64,000 nt of DNA from Scyliorhinus canicula. Taxonomy: Eukaryota. Position 1 is the stretch's first letter. Each line of letters opens with the position of its first letter. Made by a program: the position numbers and the translations under genes. Location of the stretch: the NCBI RefSeq assembly GCF_902713615.1, contig NC_052158.1:33459990-33523989 (forward strand). Direction: 5' to 3'. Shown piece after piece: positions 26,940-37,992 of this stretch. The notes beneath the pieces are model-generated. The model searched no databases. It had not been told where the DNA came from and saw only the letters and a list, made by a program, of their open reading frames with translations.

Positions 26940-27720
26940 GATTCCTGATGGCAGCAAGACAGGTGCAGATGGTCGTTAAGAATACACAGGAGACACGCCT
27001 TTTTCAATCGTGGCATAGAGTATAAGAGGAGGAAAGCTGTATTGGACAGTACAAAACGTTGGTTGGGCCACATCTGGAGTATTGTGTGCAGTTCCATTCG
27101 CCTCACTATAGCAAGGATGTGATTTCAGTGGAGAGGTGGAGAGGAGATTTCTCTGGATTTTGCATAGAATGTAGCATCTTCGCTATAAAGCGTGATTGTA
27201 CTGGCTCGGCTTTTTGCCCTTAGGGAAGAAAAGGCAGATTGGGGACCTGATTTAGGTATATAACATTGTTAGAGTGTTGGTCAGGATGGATAGAACGGAG
27301 CTATTCCCTTCAGTTGAAGGATCAATAACGAGGGGCAAAGTTTTAAGATGAGATTCAAGAGGTTTGAGGGGGACTTGAAGAAGCGTGATAAAGAGTTCAG
27401 CATGAGAGTAAAGTAGAGAAATACAATATCGGACCGTGGAAAGCTGCGGGTCACGCTTGCTTTCTGAACCACGTATAGGTTTCAAAAGCAGTTGACAAGA
27501 ATACATTGCCTGGGGTGGCAGTGGAGGTGGGGGGAGGGGTGGGGACCTCACAACCTCTAAAAGCTATGTAGATGAGCACTTGAAATGTCCTCACATGGAA
27601 GACTATGGACTCAGTACTGGAAAGTAGGAACAGTGTAGATTGAGTATAATTTTTCGGATTTGTCGGTACCGATTCGATGGACCAATTGGCATCTTCTGTG
27701 CCCGATGGCTCCATAAACTC
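26940..27720 (+). mobile_element. CR1 3' portion carrying a foreign ~100-bp insert (27387-27487)
   Basis: LVGPHLEYCVQF..GDLI.VY; CR1 tail gatggacc.attggc.tcttctgtg. Confidence 0.8.
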
Positions 27721-29092
27721 GTTCCCGCTGCAAAACTCTCTACTTTTTCAATCTCTGCTCAGTTACTCTCTTTCCTGCTTGCTACCTGACTCTGCTTCAA
27801 TTCATCTTTTACCATTTTGCTTTACATCTGCTTCTCTCGATTCTGGTCACCCCCGTCTGGCCTGAATTATGTCGCTGCGCTATCTTGTTTTATTGTTTTT
27901 CTTGCCATTCCAACAGTTTTCACTGCACTTTCTCAGTATTGCGGCTCATCACACGAGGAAACCGGCGAGGACGACGAAGGAATGATTTGCAGGATAAATA
28001 AAGATTGGAGAAACTGGAATTTAGATTGAGTTCAGGGAGTGAGGCTTTGGAAAGGGCAGGATGCATGTGAGTTTTAAAAAGCGCAGTAAAAAAGCAAATT
28101 ACGACAAAATATTTTGAAGTGGAATTTCTACCTTGACTAATTTCAGGGACCAACCGTCCGCATCAAAATCTACTTTAACGACTAGGCATTTGTCAAATTT
28201 CCTATTTAAGGATACGACAGGCAAGAAAACTCGAGCTGCTGTGACCAAAGCAGAGGCTGGAAACAAAAGTTAACCTTGTAAAATGTCAAAATCCTGTCCT
28301 GTGGAATGGCATATTAGCCCGAAACGCCCAAACACACATGATAGCTCCATATTTGAAGGACTGGTGTGATTTATTACGGCCCGAGTGAAGTGATCATTTC
28401 GAATATATCAGCTGACAAATATCCAGTGACTATTGTGGCCTGGATTTCCGCTTTTCGCATTCCAGTTTAAATTTGTCACAAAGTCAATACAATCGAGCTC
28501 TTGTGAAGCAAGGCAGGCATGCGACCGTTGTGGCGTCCTCTCAAGTGAGAAAGCCAGGATGTAAAAAGCACCATATACTTTCATTTTTAATGCAAACTAT
28601 ACAAACATAAAAGTAGGACACTGAGAGCTACCCAAGGAACTGGTTCTAAAATGTCATAGCAAGCAAAATATAAATAAACATCCATACTGAGATTTGAAAT
28701 CATTCTGAAGAAATGTACATTTCTTCAATAATTTACGAATTTGTCAGGGCCAGCCTGGCTTTTTTATGTGCACTTATTACATTGATACGATATTAATCCA
28801 CCCTGATATACATCATTGAACAATCTCTATACTTTTCAAATGTCTCATTGCTGCAAAATATGGCTCAGAAACCATTTATTGGAAGTTATGTTTAAGATGG
28901 ATGATGTTTTCAGCAGCAGAATCGATTTTCCTTCATGGAAAATAGTCAAGCTAGCTCATCTAATGAAATCTGAGGCCTCATGTTGAGGGCGTGTCGGGTC
29001 ATTAGCGAGCATCTTCCTGATTGGTACACATGTTCGTTTCTCTGTGCATGCGCAGCTGACAACAGAATACTCTCGGGCATTGATTGCTAGCT

Positions 29093-29420
29093 TCATAGAT
29101 CATAGAATTTACTGTGCATAAGGAGGCCATTCGGCCCATCGAGTCTGCACCGGCTGCTGGAAAGTGCACCTTAACCAAGCCTACACCACCCCATCCGCAT
29201 AGCCCAATTTTGGACACTAAGGGCAATTTTTAGCACGGCTAATCCACCTAACCTGCACATTTTTGGACTGTAGGAGGAAATTGGAGCACCTGGAGGATGC
29301 CGATACACACACGGGGAGAACGTGCAGACTCCGCGCAGACAGTGACTCAAGCCGGGAATTGAACCTGGGACCCTGGAACAGTGAAGCAATTGTGCTAACC
29401 ACTATGCTACCGTGTTGCCC
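29093..29420 (-). mobile_element. HE1 SINE with CR1-type tail
   Basis: Reverse complement of a full head, body and tail ending (ctatg)n. Confidence 0.9.
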
Positions 29421-29707
29421 TTCTCTTTCAAATGTTGCGGAACATTCTTTGTAGCAACGAAGTAACCTGCCAAATTAGTACATTAAATGCACCACAACCA
29501 TTTGATTATTAACCAGTTGCCCGGCATACGTTCCATTCCCACTTCCTCAGCCGAATAAAAAGCAAAATGTCAGGTACAGTGGAACTTTGCTCTCCTGTAG
29601 AGGGTCGTGAACAAGTGCACAATATTGGAGTTATAATTAGTACTGACATCAGGAAGTTTCAAGGGTAATGGAACCATAGAATTAAATTCCACAGGGTGAT
29701 GCCATTT

Positions 29708-29905
29708 GGCCAGCATGGTGGTCCACGTGTAACACTGCTGCCTAATGGCAAAGATGACCCAGGGTCATCCCGGTCTCGGGTTAGTGTCCGCGTAGAGTTT
29801 GCACATTATCTCCGTGTCTGCCTGGGTCTCACTCCCACAACCCAAAATATGTGCAGAGTAGGTGGATTGGCCGCTTTAAATTTGCCTTTTTTGGAAAAAA
29901 AAAGA
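29708..29905 (+). mobile_element. Diverged HE1-head SINE with A-tail
   Basis: cagcatggtgg..ggtggattggccgctttaaatttgcc..ggaaaaaaaaa. Confidence 0.7.
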
Positions 29906-32063
29906 ACGACGTCATTTGTGTCTTTCACTGAAAATACAATGGTTGCGGGATGGATTAGATTTTTCAAAACTGACATCGATGTACTTTTGGCAGCAAAGTA
30001 TGTAGCAAAAAACATGTATATGGCGCTGCAGCCCAAATCAGGCATGCTGTAATCGGAGGGGTTGGGTAAGGTTGAAAGCCTAAATGGACCTTTATTTGTG
30101 TTCAGTCAGGGAACAGAGTTGTAACAGGGAATGAGAACGGATCAGTGTGAATGAAGGGAAGTTGACAGCTAGAATAAATAATGCATCAGGCATTTCCAAA
30201 TAATCCCCACAATGTATGGGGAAAAGAAAAGTGTATTTGTTACAATGAGCACAAAGAAATAGAAACTCATATGGAGAATATGGAATGTTGGCACGGAAGT
30301 GGCATGTAAATCCAAGATTCATTGGCGAATGGCAGTGTATGCTGATGTGCTATTTGCACTGATGAGTTATTTGCCATTCCACAATGATAACGGTGGCCAC
30401 ATTTTTCTCAGTCGTCAAAATATTTACTCAAATGATGAATCCAGGCAAATTTTCATTAAAACTTATGGAACCTAATCTCCAGCACGATTAGAAACTGGAG
30501 AAAAATATGCAAAAAGTGCTGGAAATACAGGGCCGAACAGAGGACCTCCAAAAGAACAATATCTTGATGTCGACATTTCAGACAGAAGTCTCAAACCATC
30601 ACCGTGATTCCCTATGTCTTTTCCTGCAATACCCTAGCAGTCTCATCATGTCCTAGGCCTAGGCATTATGTCAACAGTTGGGAATAATGGCCAACTACCT
30701 GTAGTAGAGGGAAGTATCGAGAGGGGACACGCATAAAGAAAGAAAAGATAATTAATCATTATATTCTCTGATTTTCTGTATTCCGAATATATGGGTTGGT
30801 GATGCCATGGAATGTTTTCACGTAAGTGATAGTGTTCAGCAAAATAGAATAGACAGATGAAAGGGGGTAAATTGAGCAAAGATGTACTCATAGCAGGGAA
30901 CTTTAATTGACAGTAGCATAGTGGGAAGATAGAATTACATAATCGCTGTGCCGCTTATCTGATTTATGTTGACATTGCTTCCCTGGTTCCAGAAACCCAA
31001 ATGATCCTGCGTCCTCACAGGACGTACCGTAATGGAAGGCCACCGGCAGAAAGCTCCTTCGAAATAAGATACATGGGCTGCCTTTGCAAGTATAATAGCT
31101 CCCAGGCGATCCTGAAGACTCCCAATTGTACTCGCCTTTGTGAGGCCATCCAAATTGAAGGGCGATATTCACTCCTCTGTCTCTCGTTGACATAGTGTCA
31201 AGATCACTCTTCCTACTCCTCAATAGGGCAAGCCGTTGAGGTTGCTGGCGAAACTGTGGGTTAGCAGTTATCCTTCGGTAGATCAGTGTAAAAAACCTTG
31301 CGGTATTGATATTGTATCGTCTTTCTGATGCACTTGTTCCACAATCCACGAAAAGAAATTCTAAGCGCGTTGTCCATTTTATTTTTCAATTTATTTTCCA
31401 GTATCCAATTAATTGCAAATACAATTAATACATATAGAATTAATCGCATTACCTTCTCGTTCTAATGCAGTACTCTGCTATGCACGTTGAAAACACTGGT
31501 TCAACCTTATATTTCATAATTTATGCTTCATTGTTTGGTCTTGTACCCTATAATTGCACCTCTTTCTCAAACGTTATCTTGTTCGCCGTGTCGCTATTTC
31601 ATTCCTCGCTGTCCCTTCTTCTTTCACTTTTGCTCTCCTTGTTTTTTTTATTGGTTTTCTCTTCCCTTTTCAACTGTCGCTCTCTGTCATCTAGCGTTCC
31701 TTTTTTGTTTCTACGTTAGTACCATCTTAATGCCTTTGGTGGACCAAAGTTCCGGTAGTATGTTTGTTCAATATTGGGCGTTCGTTCCTAGAAAGTTAAG
31801 AGGTAAAAAAAATGCTGTATAAATATAAAGTACATGACATGGAACACTGAAGAATATTGTAATTTACTTCTCTCGTGTTGCATAAATTTCGACGTTGAAT
31901 TTGAAATACCAGCCTAACACAAAATATCCCTGCTTTTCTAATTATCACATTCTCATAATAGATGCGAGCTATATAATGATAGAAATGAGCGAATTAAAAC
32001 TAGTCTAAACTATAACCCCATAACCATCTATTTCTGATTCTGACGGAGATCATGTTGGGCAAA

Positions 32064-32151
32064 ATGGTTCTAATTTGTGAGGGAGGACTCACACTGGATC
32101 GTCTGCTCTCCTTGCAACACTTCCTAAATGATAGGGATTTTCAGTCTATAC
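32064..32151 (+). CDS. Predicted upstream coding exon of M2-like copy 1
   Basis: aaaATGG at 32064 (also an in-frame ATG at 32052), open MVLICEGGLTLDRLLSLQHFLNDRDFQSI, then C|GTGAGT donor; phase matches the acceptor at 32763. Confidence 0.5.
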
Positions 32152-32260
32152 GTGAGTTTGTGGTCTGGATACATAACTTTAAATTAATCAAAGGAAAAAA
32201 GTTTTATGTTATCCTAGATATATAAATATCTAGAAACAGCAAAGCAAACCCAGAACGAAA

Positions 32261-32490
32261 GGGCAATATGGTGGCGCAGTGGTTTGTACTGCTGCCTCAC
32301 GTTCCTGAGGACCTGGGCTCGATCCCGGCCCCGGGTCACTGTCCATGTGGTGTTTGCAGATTCTTCCCGTGGCTGCGTGGGGTCTCACCTGCTCAACACA
32401 TACATATGTGCAGATAGCTGAGTTGACCACGCTAAATTGCTCGTCAATTGGAAAAAAAATTATTGGGCACTCTATATTTTTTTTAATAAC
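32261..32490 (+). mobile_element. HE1-head SINE (A-rich tail) in the predicted intron of M2-like copy 1
   Basis: gggcaatatggtggcgcagtggtt..ctcgatcccgg..aattggaaaaaaaattattggg. Confidence 0.8.
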
Positions 32491-32763
32491 CCAGTTAATT
32501 ATCAATTAATCTGAGACATGCATGTAACGATAACTATTAACATCAAGTAATTAACTATTAATTCCTAACGATTGGTAAATAAATTATCATGCCAGTTGAA
32601 TCCTGGTTAGAACAAAATTCTTCCTGACAAAGATACTGAGCTTTTTAAGAGCGTTCAATGTTCTTATTGATGGAACTTCAATTTGCAACTAATTGTATTT
32701 TAAATAGAACATTTGTGTTTCCTGATCTCTTTTCTTTCCTGTTTCGCATTTGTGCCTCGTCAG

Positions 32764-34136
32764 TGCTCACGACATATCAGCGGGAAAGGCTAGCAAACTC
32801 CACAGAGCTAAACGAATTTCGCAACAACCTCACAGGCTTCTTTGATACTGAAAGAGTGAGTTCTTACAAAATGGTCGAAGCGGTTTTCATTGTAATTGTG
32901 ACAGTTGCTTTAAGCTTGTTGACTATCATTGGAAATATTCTGGTCATAGTTTCTATCAAAGTAAACAGACATTTGCAAACTATGAACAACTATTTTATTT
33001 TCAGCTTGGCCTGTGCTGATTTAATTATTGGTGTATTCTCTATGAATCTATACACCACTTACATCGTCATTGGCTCCTGGCCATTGGGCCCAGTGGTTTG
33101 TGATTTGTGGCTTGCTCTAGATTATGTTGTCAGTAATGCATCTGCCATGAACCTCCTGGTCATCAGCTTTGACCGTTACTTCTGCGTGACAAAGCCCCTC
33201 AGCTACCCCGTGAGGAGAACAGCGAAGATGGCAGGAATGATGATCGCAGCTGCCTGGGTGCTTTCGTTTATCTTGTGGGCTCCTGCCATTCTCTTCTGGC
33301 AGTTCATTGTAGGGGAGCGCACAGTCAGTGAGGGTGAATGTTACGTACAATTCTTCTCAAATCCAGCCATCACGTTTGGCACGGCTGTAGCTGCCTTTTA
33401 TCTCCCTGTGTCAATAATGATGACTTTGTATGTACAAATAGCTCGTGCCAGCAAATGTCGAATGAAAGACAATAAAGAAGAGCGTGAATCAAGCAATGAC
33501 AGCATTTCACCCAGTCTAGTGAAAGACAAGAGAACGAAGCTGAACAACAATATCATACCAGGTGTTCCTGATGGTTTTTCACAAGTCAAACTACAGAATG
33601 ATATAGTAGCAGGAGAAATAATAATTAGTAATTGTGAGAAAGAAGATAAGGAGCTCCCCAATGCGTCAAATTACTCCAGCGTACTCCCATCAAAACCAAA
33701 GCCGACTGGGACGAAACAAAGGAGCATAGCTCTTTATATGACGCAAACCTGCTCCATGACGCGCAGCTCTAAACTCTCCTGCATAAAGATAGTTAAAGAT
33801 AGCGAGAGCAGAGCAGAAAATAAGATCATTACACTGTACAATCCTTCTGTGAAGAAGAGGACAGGGGCTGTGTCCCGTGAGAAGAAGGTGACAAAGACCA
33901 TCCTGGCTATACTTCTGATATTTATCATTACCTGGACCCCATACAACGTCATGGTGCTCATTGACACCTTCTGCTCAACCTGTGTCCCCAGCACGGTCTG
34001 GACTATTGCATACTGGCTCTGTTACCTTAACAGTACCATCAACCCAGCCTGCTATGCACTCTGTAATGCTACATTTAAGAAAACTTTCAAGCATCTTCTG
34101 TTGTGTCAGTATAAGAAAATTGGTGCAACAAGATAA
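32764..34136 (+). CDS. CHRM2: Muscarinic acetylcholine receptor M2-like, copy 1 (main coding exon; the ORF track starts it at 32658)
   Basis: Intact 7TM with [88 protein letters not shown] and C-terminal YKKIGATR. M2-type ICL3 (SPSLV..NNN). May be a paralog rather than the true ortholog. Confidence 0.95.
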
Positions 34137-34457
34137 TAACAACTACAACGATTAATTATGAAAACTGAATGTCTATTTATTTTATTCACTTCTTAAATGT
34201 TGTTCATTCTGCCCGCAAATGGGCCAAGCATATATTGACATCTGCGTTATTGAAATCACATCTTTATATATTACATTGTTATGCATCTGTAGCGACTGTT
34301 ATCAATAAATAATGTTAGAAATAATGTTTATTATACCACATTTATGCATGAATTGGATGGTGCTATTATCTGAGGTTTAATCATCCTAAAATAAATCCTA
34401 AACGTGTTTAGTGACGAATTTTCATATTTTACAACATTACACAAAATACTATATATC

Positions 34458-34782
34458 GTAGAAATTACAATACAGAAGGAGTCCATTCTGCCACTCGAGT
34501 CTGCAGGGGAAAGAAGATTCTACCCAAGCCCACACCTCCATCCTATCCCGTAACCCCACACTACCTTTTTGGACACTAATGGCAATTTAGCACAGCCAAT
34601 CCACCTAACCTGCAGATCTTTGGACTGTGGGAGGAACCCGGACCACCCGTTTGAAGCCCAGACAGAGACGGGGAGAATGTGGACTCCGCACAGACATTGA
34701 CCCAAGCCGGGAATCTAACCTGGGATGATCCATGATAGAGCAGGGAAGCAACTGTGATAACCATTGTGCTACCACGCTGCCC
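34458..34782 (-). mobile_element. HE1 SINE
   Basis: Reverse-complement head tgctaccacgctgccc and body. Confidence 0.85.
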
Positions 34783-36370
34783 AGTCTAGTTTCTTGAGTC
34801 CCAATATGCAACTTTAGGTGGCTAGTAATCTCCATTTCTATTTCAACTGATGCAGACTGGGGAGCGGGAGAAACAGCAGATCTCTGCTCAAAACTGGTCG
34901 TAAAACAATTACGAATCGCCAAGTTATAGCCAAGGACATCCCTTCAGGTAGATAACTGAAAAGGTGTCAAAGGTGCTTCAATTCCCATGATGCTCCTTTA
35001 GTGGATACCCTCCATGCCATTTGTAATCCACGTTTTGAGTTGATTAGATACCAGATGGTTCATTGTTTGGAATAAAAATTAAATTATGGAAAGAGAAAGT
35101 AAATCACTTTGAAACTTATCGTCTAATAAATTAATCATGTCGCTCAAAGAACATCAGTGAACTGAACATTGTAAATAATTTATTTTCGGTCAGAATCCTG
35201 AAACTACCTTCCCAACAGTGAGTGTGCCTGCGCCACGTGGACTACTGAGGCTTAAGAATGCGTCTGCCCACCGCCTTCTTAATTGGCAATTAGAGATCGG
35301 CAAAACATACCCAGCGACGCCCATTTTCCATGGATGTATAAAACATGGCTGCCAACAAATGCAGAAGAACATAACGGCCTTGATTGAGTTGAGTGCTCAG
35401 GAAACAACAGAAACCAACTGCTTTTTCGTAATTTGAGCTGCATTTGAATATGCAAAATCATGGCAGTACTCCCGTGGTGGCGCAGAGGCTCTTGTAATGG
35501 AAAGTAAATAATTAGTTAAAATCTGTCACAAAATCCGAAATGCATATATATGAGTGCTTGTCTGTTTGTCAAACAGGCAATGATTTTCTCAAAACCCTTC
35601 GTTGATTGAGTCAATGGATATGATGGAGCCTTAATATTTTACATTAGGAATTCTTTCTAATGTTAGTATTGACAATGTGCCTGTTACTTAATAAATTGTA
35701 AAAGATCAAAGCAGTTACTAAGTATGAGGAATACAGCAAGACATCAAAGACGAGTACCGAGAAGCAAAAACATCAAGGCCTTAATAAGCATCATAAAACA
35801 AAATGCCCTTTCTAACCGCAGAGATAATATATTAATATATGTGGATAGTAATTTACTATTTTGGGGGGATTGCGTTTTAAATTCTGGAATGCATATTGGT
35901 AGTCCAACGACATGCAATTTGGCTCATATTTTGTGTGAATGCTATGTTTACCGTTTACACCCACAACATTAACGCTCATGCCTCATGCCTTTCACTCATC
36001 TGTGGTGATAAGGATGCAAAGAGCTGACAAAGTGTGGAGAAGCTGCTCACGTACCCAAGATGGTGAAAAACTCCACAGTCCCTAAAATCGGAGGGAGTAG
36101 TAATAGCTGAGGTTTGTCTTCCAGCAACTCGAAACCCTATGATAGGTTCATTCATTGGCGGGACACGTTCAACTCTCTGTACGTCAGCCGTCAGACATGT
36201 CGGTGAGGATGAAAGGAACATCGATCTGTTCTCAATGCAGGTTATCCTCCTGCAGCGTGTTGCCAATGGCTTTAGCGCCTTGCACATGAATGTAAGAACC
36301 ATCACAAGGACCTCACACCGGCACCACATGATAAATTGATGTCATATTCCATGGTGGGATAGTTCTTAAT

Positions 36371-36688
36371 CCACGGTAGCATGGTGGTTAGCATCAATGC
36401 TTCACAGCTCCAGGGTCCCAGGTTCGATTCCCGGCTGGGTCACTGTCTGTGTGGAGTCTGCACGTCCTCCCCGTGTGTGCGTGGGTTTCCTCCGGGTGCT
36501 CCGGTTTCCTCCCACAGTCCAAAGATGTGCGGGTTAGGTGGATTGGCCATGCTAAATTGCCCGTAGTGTAAGGTTAATGGGGGGATTGTTGGGTTACGGG
36601 TTACGTGGGTTTAAGTAGGGTGATCATTGCTCGGCACAACATCGAGGGCCGAAGGGCCTGTTCTGTGCTGTACTGTTCTATGTTCTAT
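36371..36688 (+). mobile_element. HE1 SINE with CR1-type tail (young)
   Basis: cacggtagcatggtggttagc..ggttcgattccc..gggccgaagggcctgttctgtgctgtactgttctatgttctat. Confidence 0.92.
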
Positions 36689-36719
36689 AATCCTCGTCGT
36701 CCCCAAACAAAGATACTAT

Positions 36720-37690
36720 GTTGGTGTCCAGGCATCCCCTGGCCTTCACCGAAGTAGCTTGCAACACATCACCTACCTACAGCAGACCACAATGATGCGG
36801 GACAGCCGTGTATTGTTTTATAGAGCACCGTCCGACGGGTTCAGGTGTCACAACTGCACCTGGAGCAGTCCATTCACTTTCTAGACCAACATACGCATTG
36901 ACAAATGAGTTTCATTATAACATGTACCTGTGAATATTTTTCAACTCCATACTTGAGTCACCACCACCGTTTCAGGGTTTCCGTTGCCTGCGAGGAGCGA
37001 TCTATCCAGCTTTTACTCTCCATTAAAGATGAACGATATCTGCAAGTGCTGAAGAATGTAACTACCATGGATGCTCCGTGGAAAACGGGCACGAGTCAGA
37101 ACGCGCCTGACAAAACAGTCCCCAGAGACATCATCCTGCACGATAGGCATCACGTGGTCACAGAAGACCTGGACATTGAGGGAGTGATATCACTTGTAGT
37201 TGATAATTCGGGCCCCACGCTGCCATGGAAAGCACAGACCCATGCAGATTTACTAGGTGACATTCTGCATCTGTGGTATGTCTGCTGTGTAGAATATTTG
37301 TATGGCCCATGTGCCCTGGCTCAGCTGGTTGAAGTCAAGTTTAAGTACATGTGAACTCTCGCAAATAGCGCATCTGTGCCTTCCTTATGCACTTGTGTGC
37401 GGGGACTGCCTTATGCTGCACAGCTAACTCGTGTTACCCTGAATCGAGCCAATGATCAGTACAGCCGTAACTTTCATGGCAACAGGCAATGCGTTACCTC
37501 CCAATCCATGTGGTGCGAACTCTTACAGTACCTGCCACAAAACGGGTGCACCACTGACCATTGGGACAATCTTCTCTGGCACTGGAACTCTGACATCTGG
37601 AGGTAGGACGTTGGAAGTCGGAATACCCTTAGCTGGTTACGTCTCCTCTGTGGCTCTGCCATCTGTGGCCATGTGGCTCTTCTGGCGCCA
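36720..37690 (-). mobile_element. Degenerate PIF/Harbinger (HARBI1-like DDE) transposase gene
   Basis: Minus-strand remnants in the expected order: RRRNQLRVFRLPTSYLQMSEFQCQRRL, INYK*YHSLNVQVFCDH, ARFPRSIHGSYIL, YNETH..GLL..GAL..SRIIVVCC. Confidence 0.8.
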
Positions 37691-37809
37691 TGGCCACAGA
37701 TGGCAGAGCTCCCCACATCGATGCAGAATCTTGGGGAATTTTCCCCAATGCTCTTTCAAAACGTTAGCCTCCAGAAGTCATGAACGCCACTGACTGCGTC
37801 CCAGTTGTC

Positions 37810-37992
37810 TGAAATGAAAATGAAAATCGCTTCTTGTCACAAGTAGGCTAAAAATGAAGTTACTGTGAAAAGCCCCTAGTCGCCACATTCCGGGGCCTGT
37901 TCGGGGAGGCTGGTACAGGAATTGAACCGTGTTGCTGGCCTGCCTTGGTCTGCTTTCAAAGCCAGCGATTTCGCCCTGTGCTTAACCAGCCC
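37810..37992 (-). mobile_element. tRNA-derived SINE, (TTTCA)-tail family
   Basis: Reverse complement of the 8514-8700 family. Confidence 0.85.

Noticed and set aside
30646-31349. Minus-strand ORFs of 81, 148 and 72 aa
   Set aside because: No recognisable domain or splice structure; partly within the non-coding flank shared with copy 2.
32658-32763. ORF-track N-terminus MFLLMELQF.. as the true start of M2-like copy 1
   Set aside because: It reads through a polypyrimidine tract and acceptor and has no coding counterpart in copy 2; more likely intron, though not excluded.
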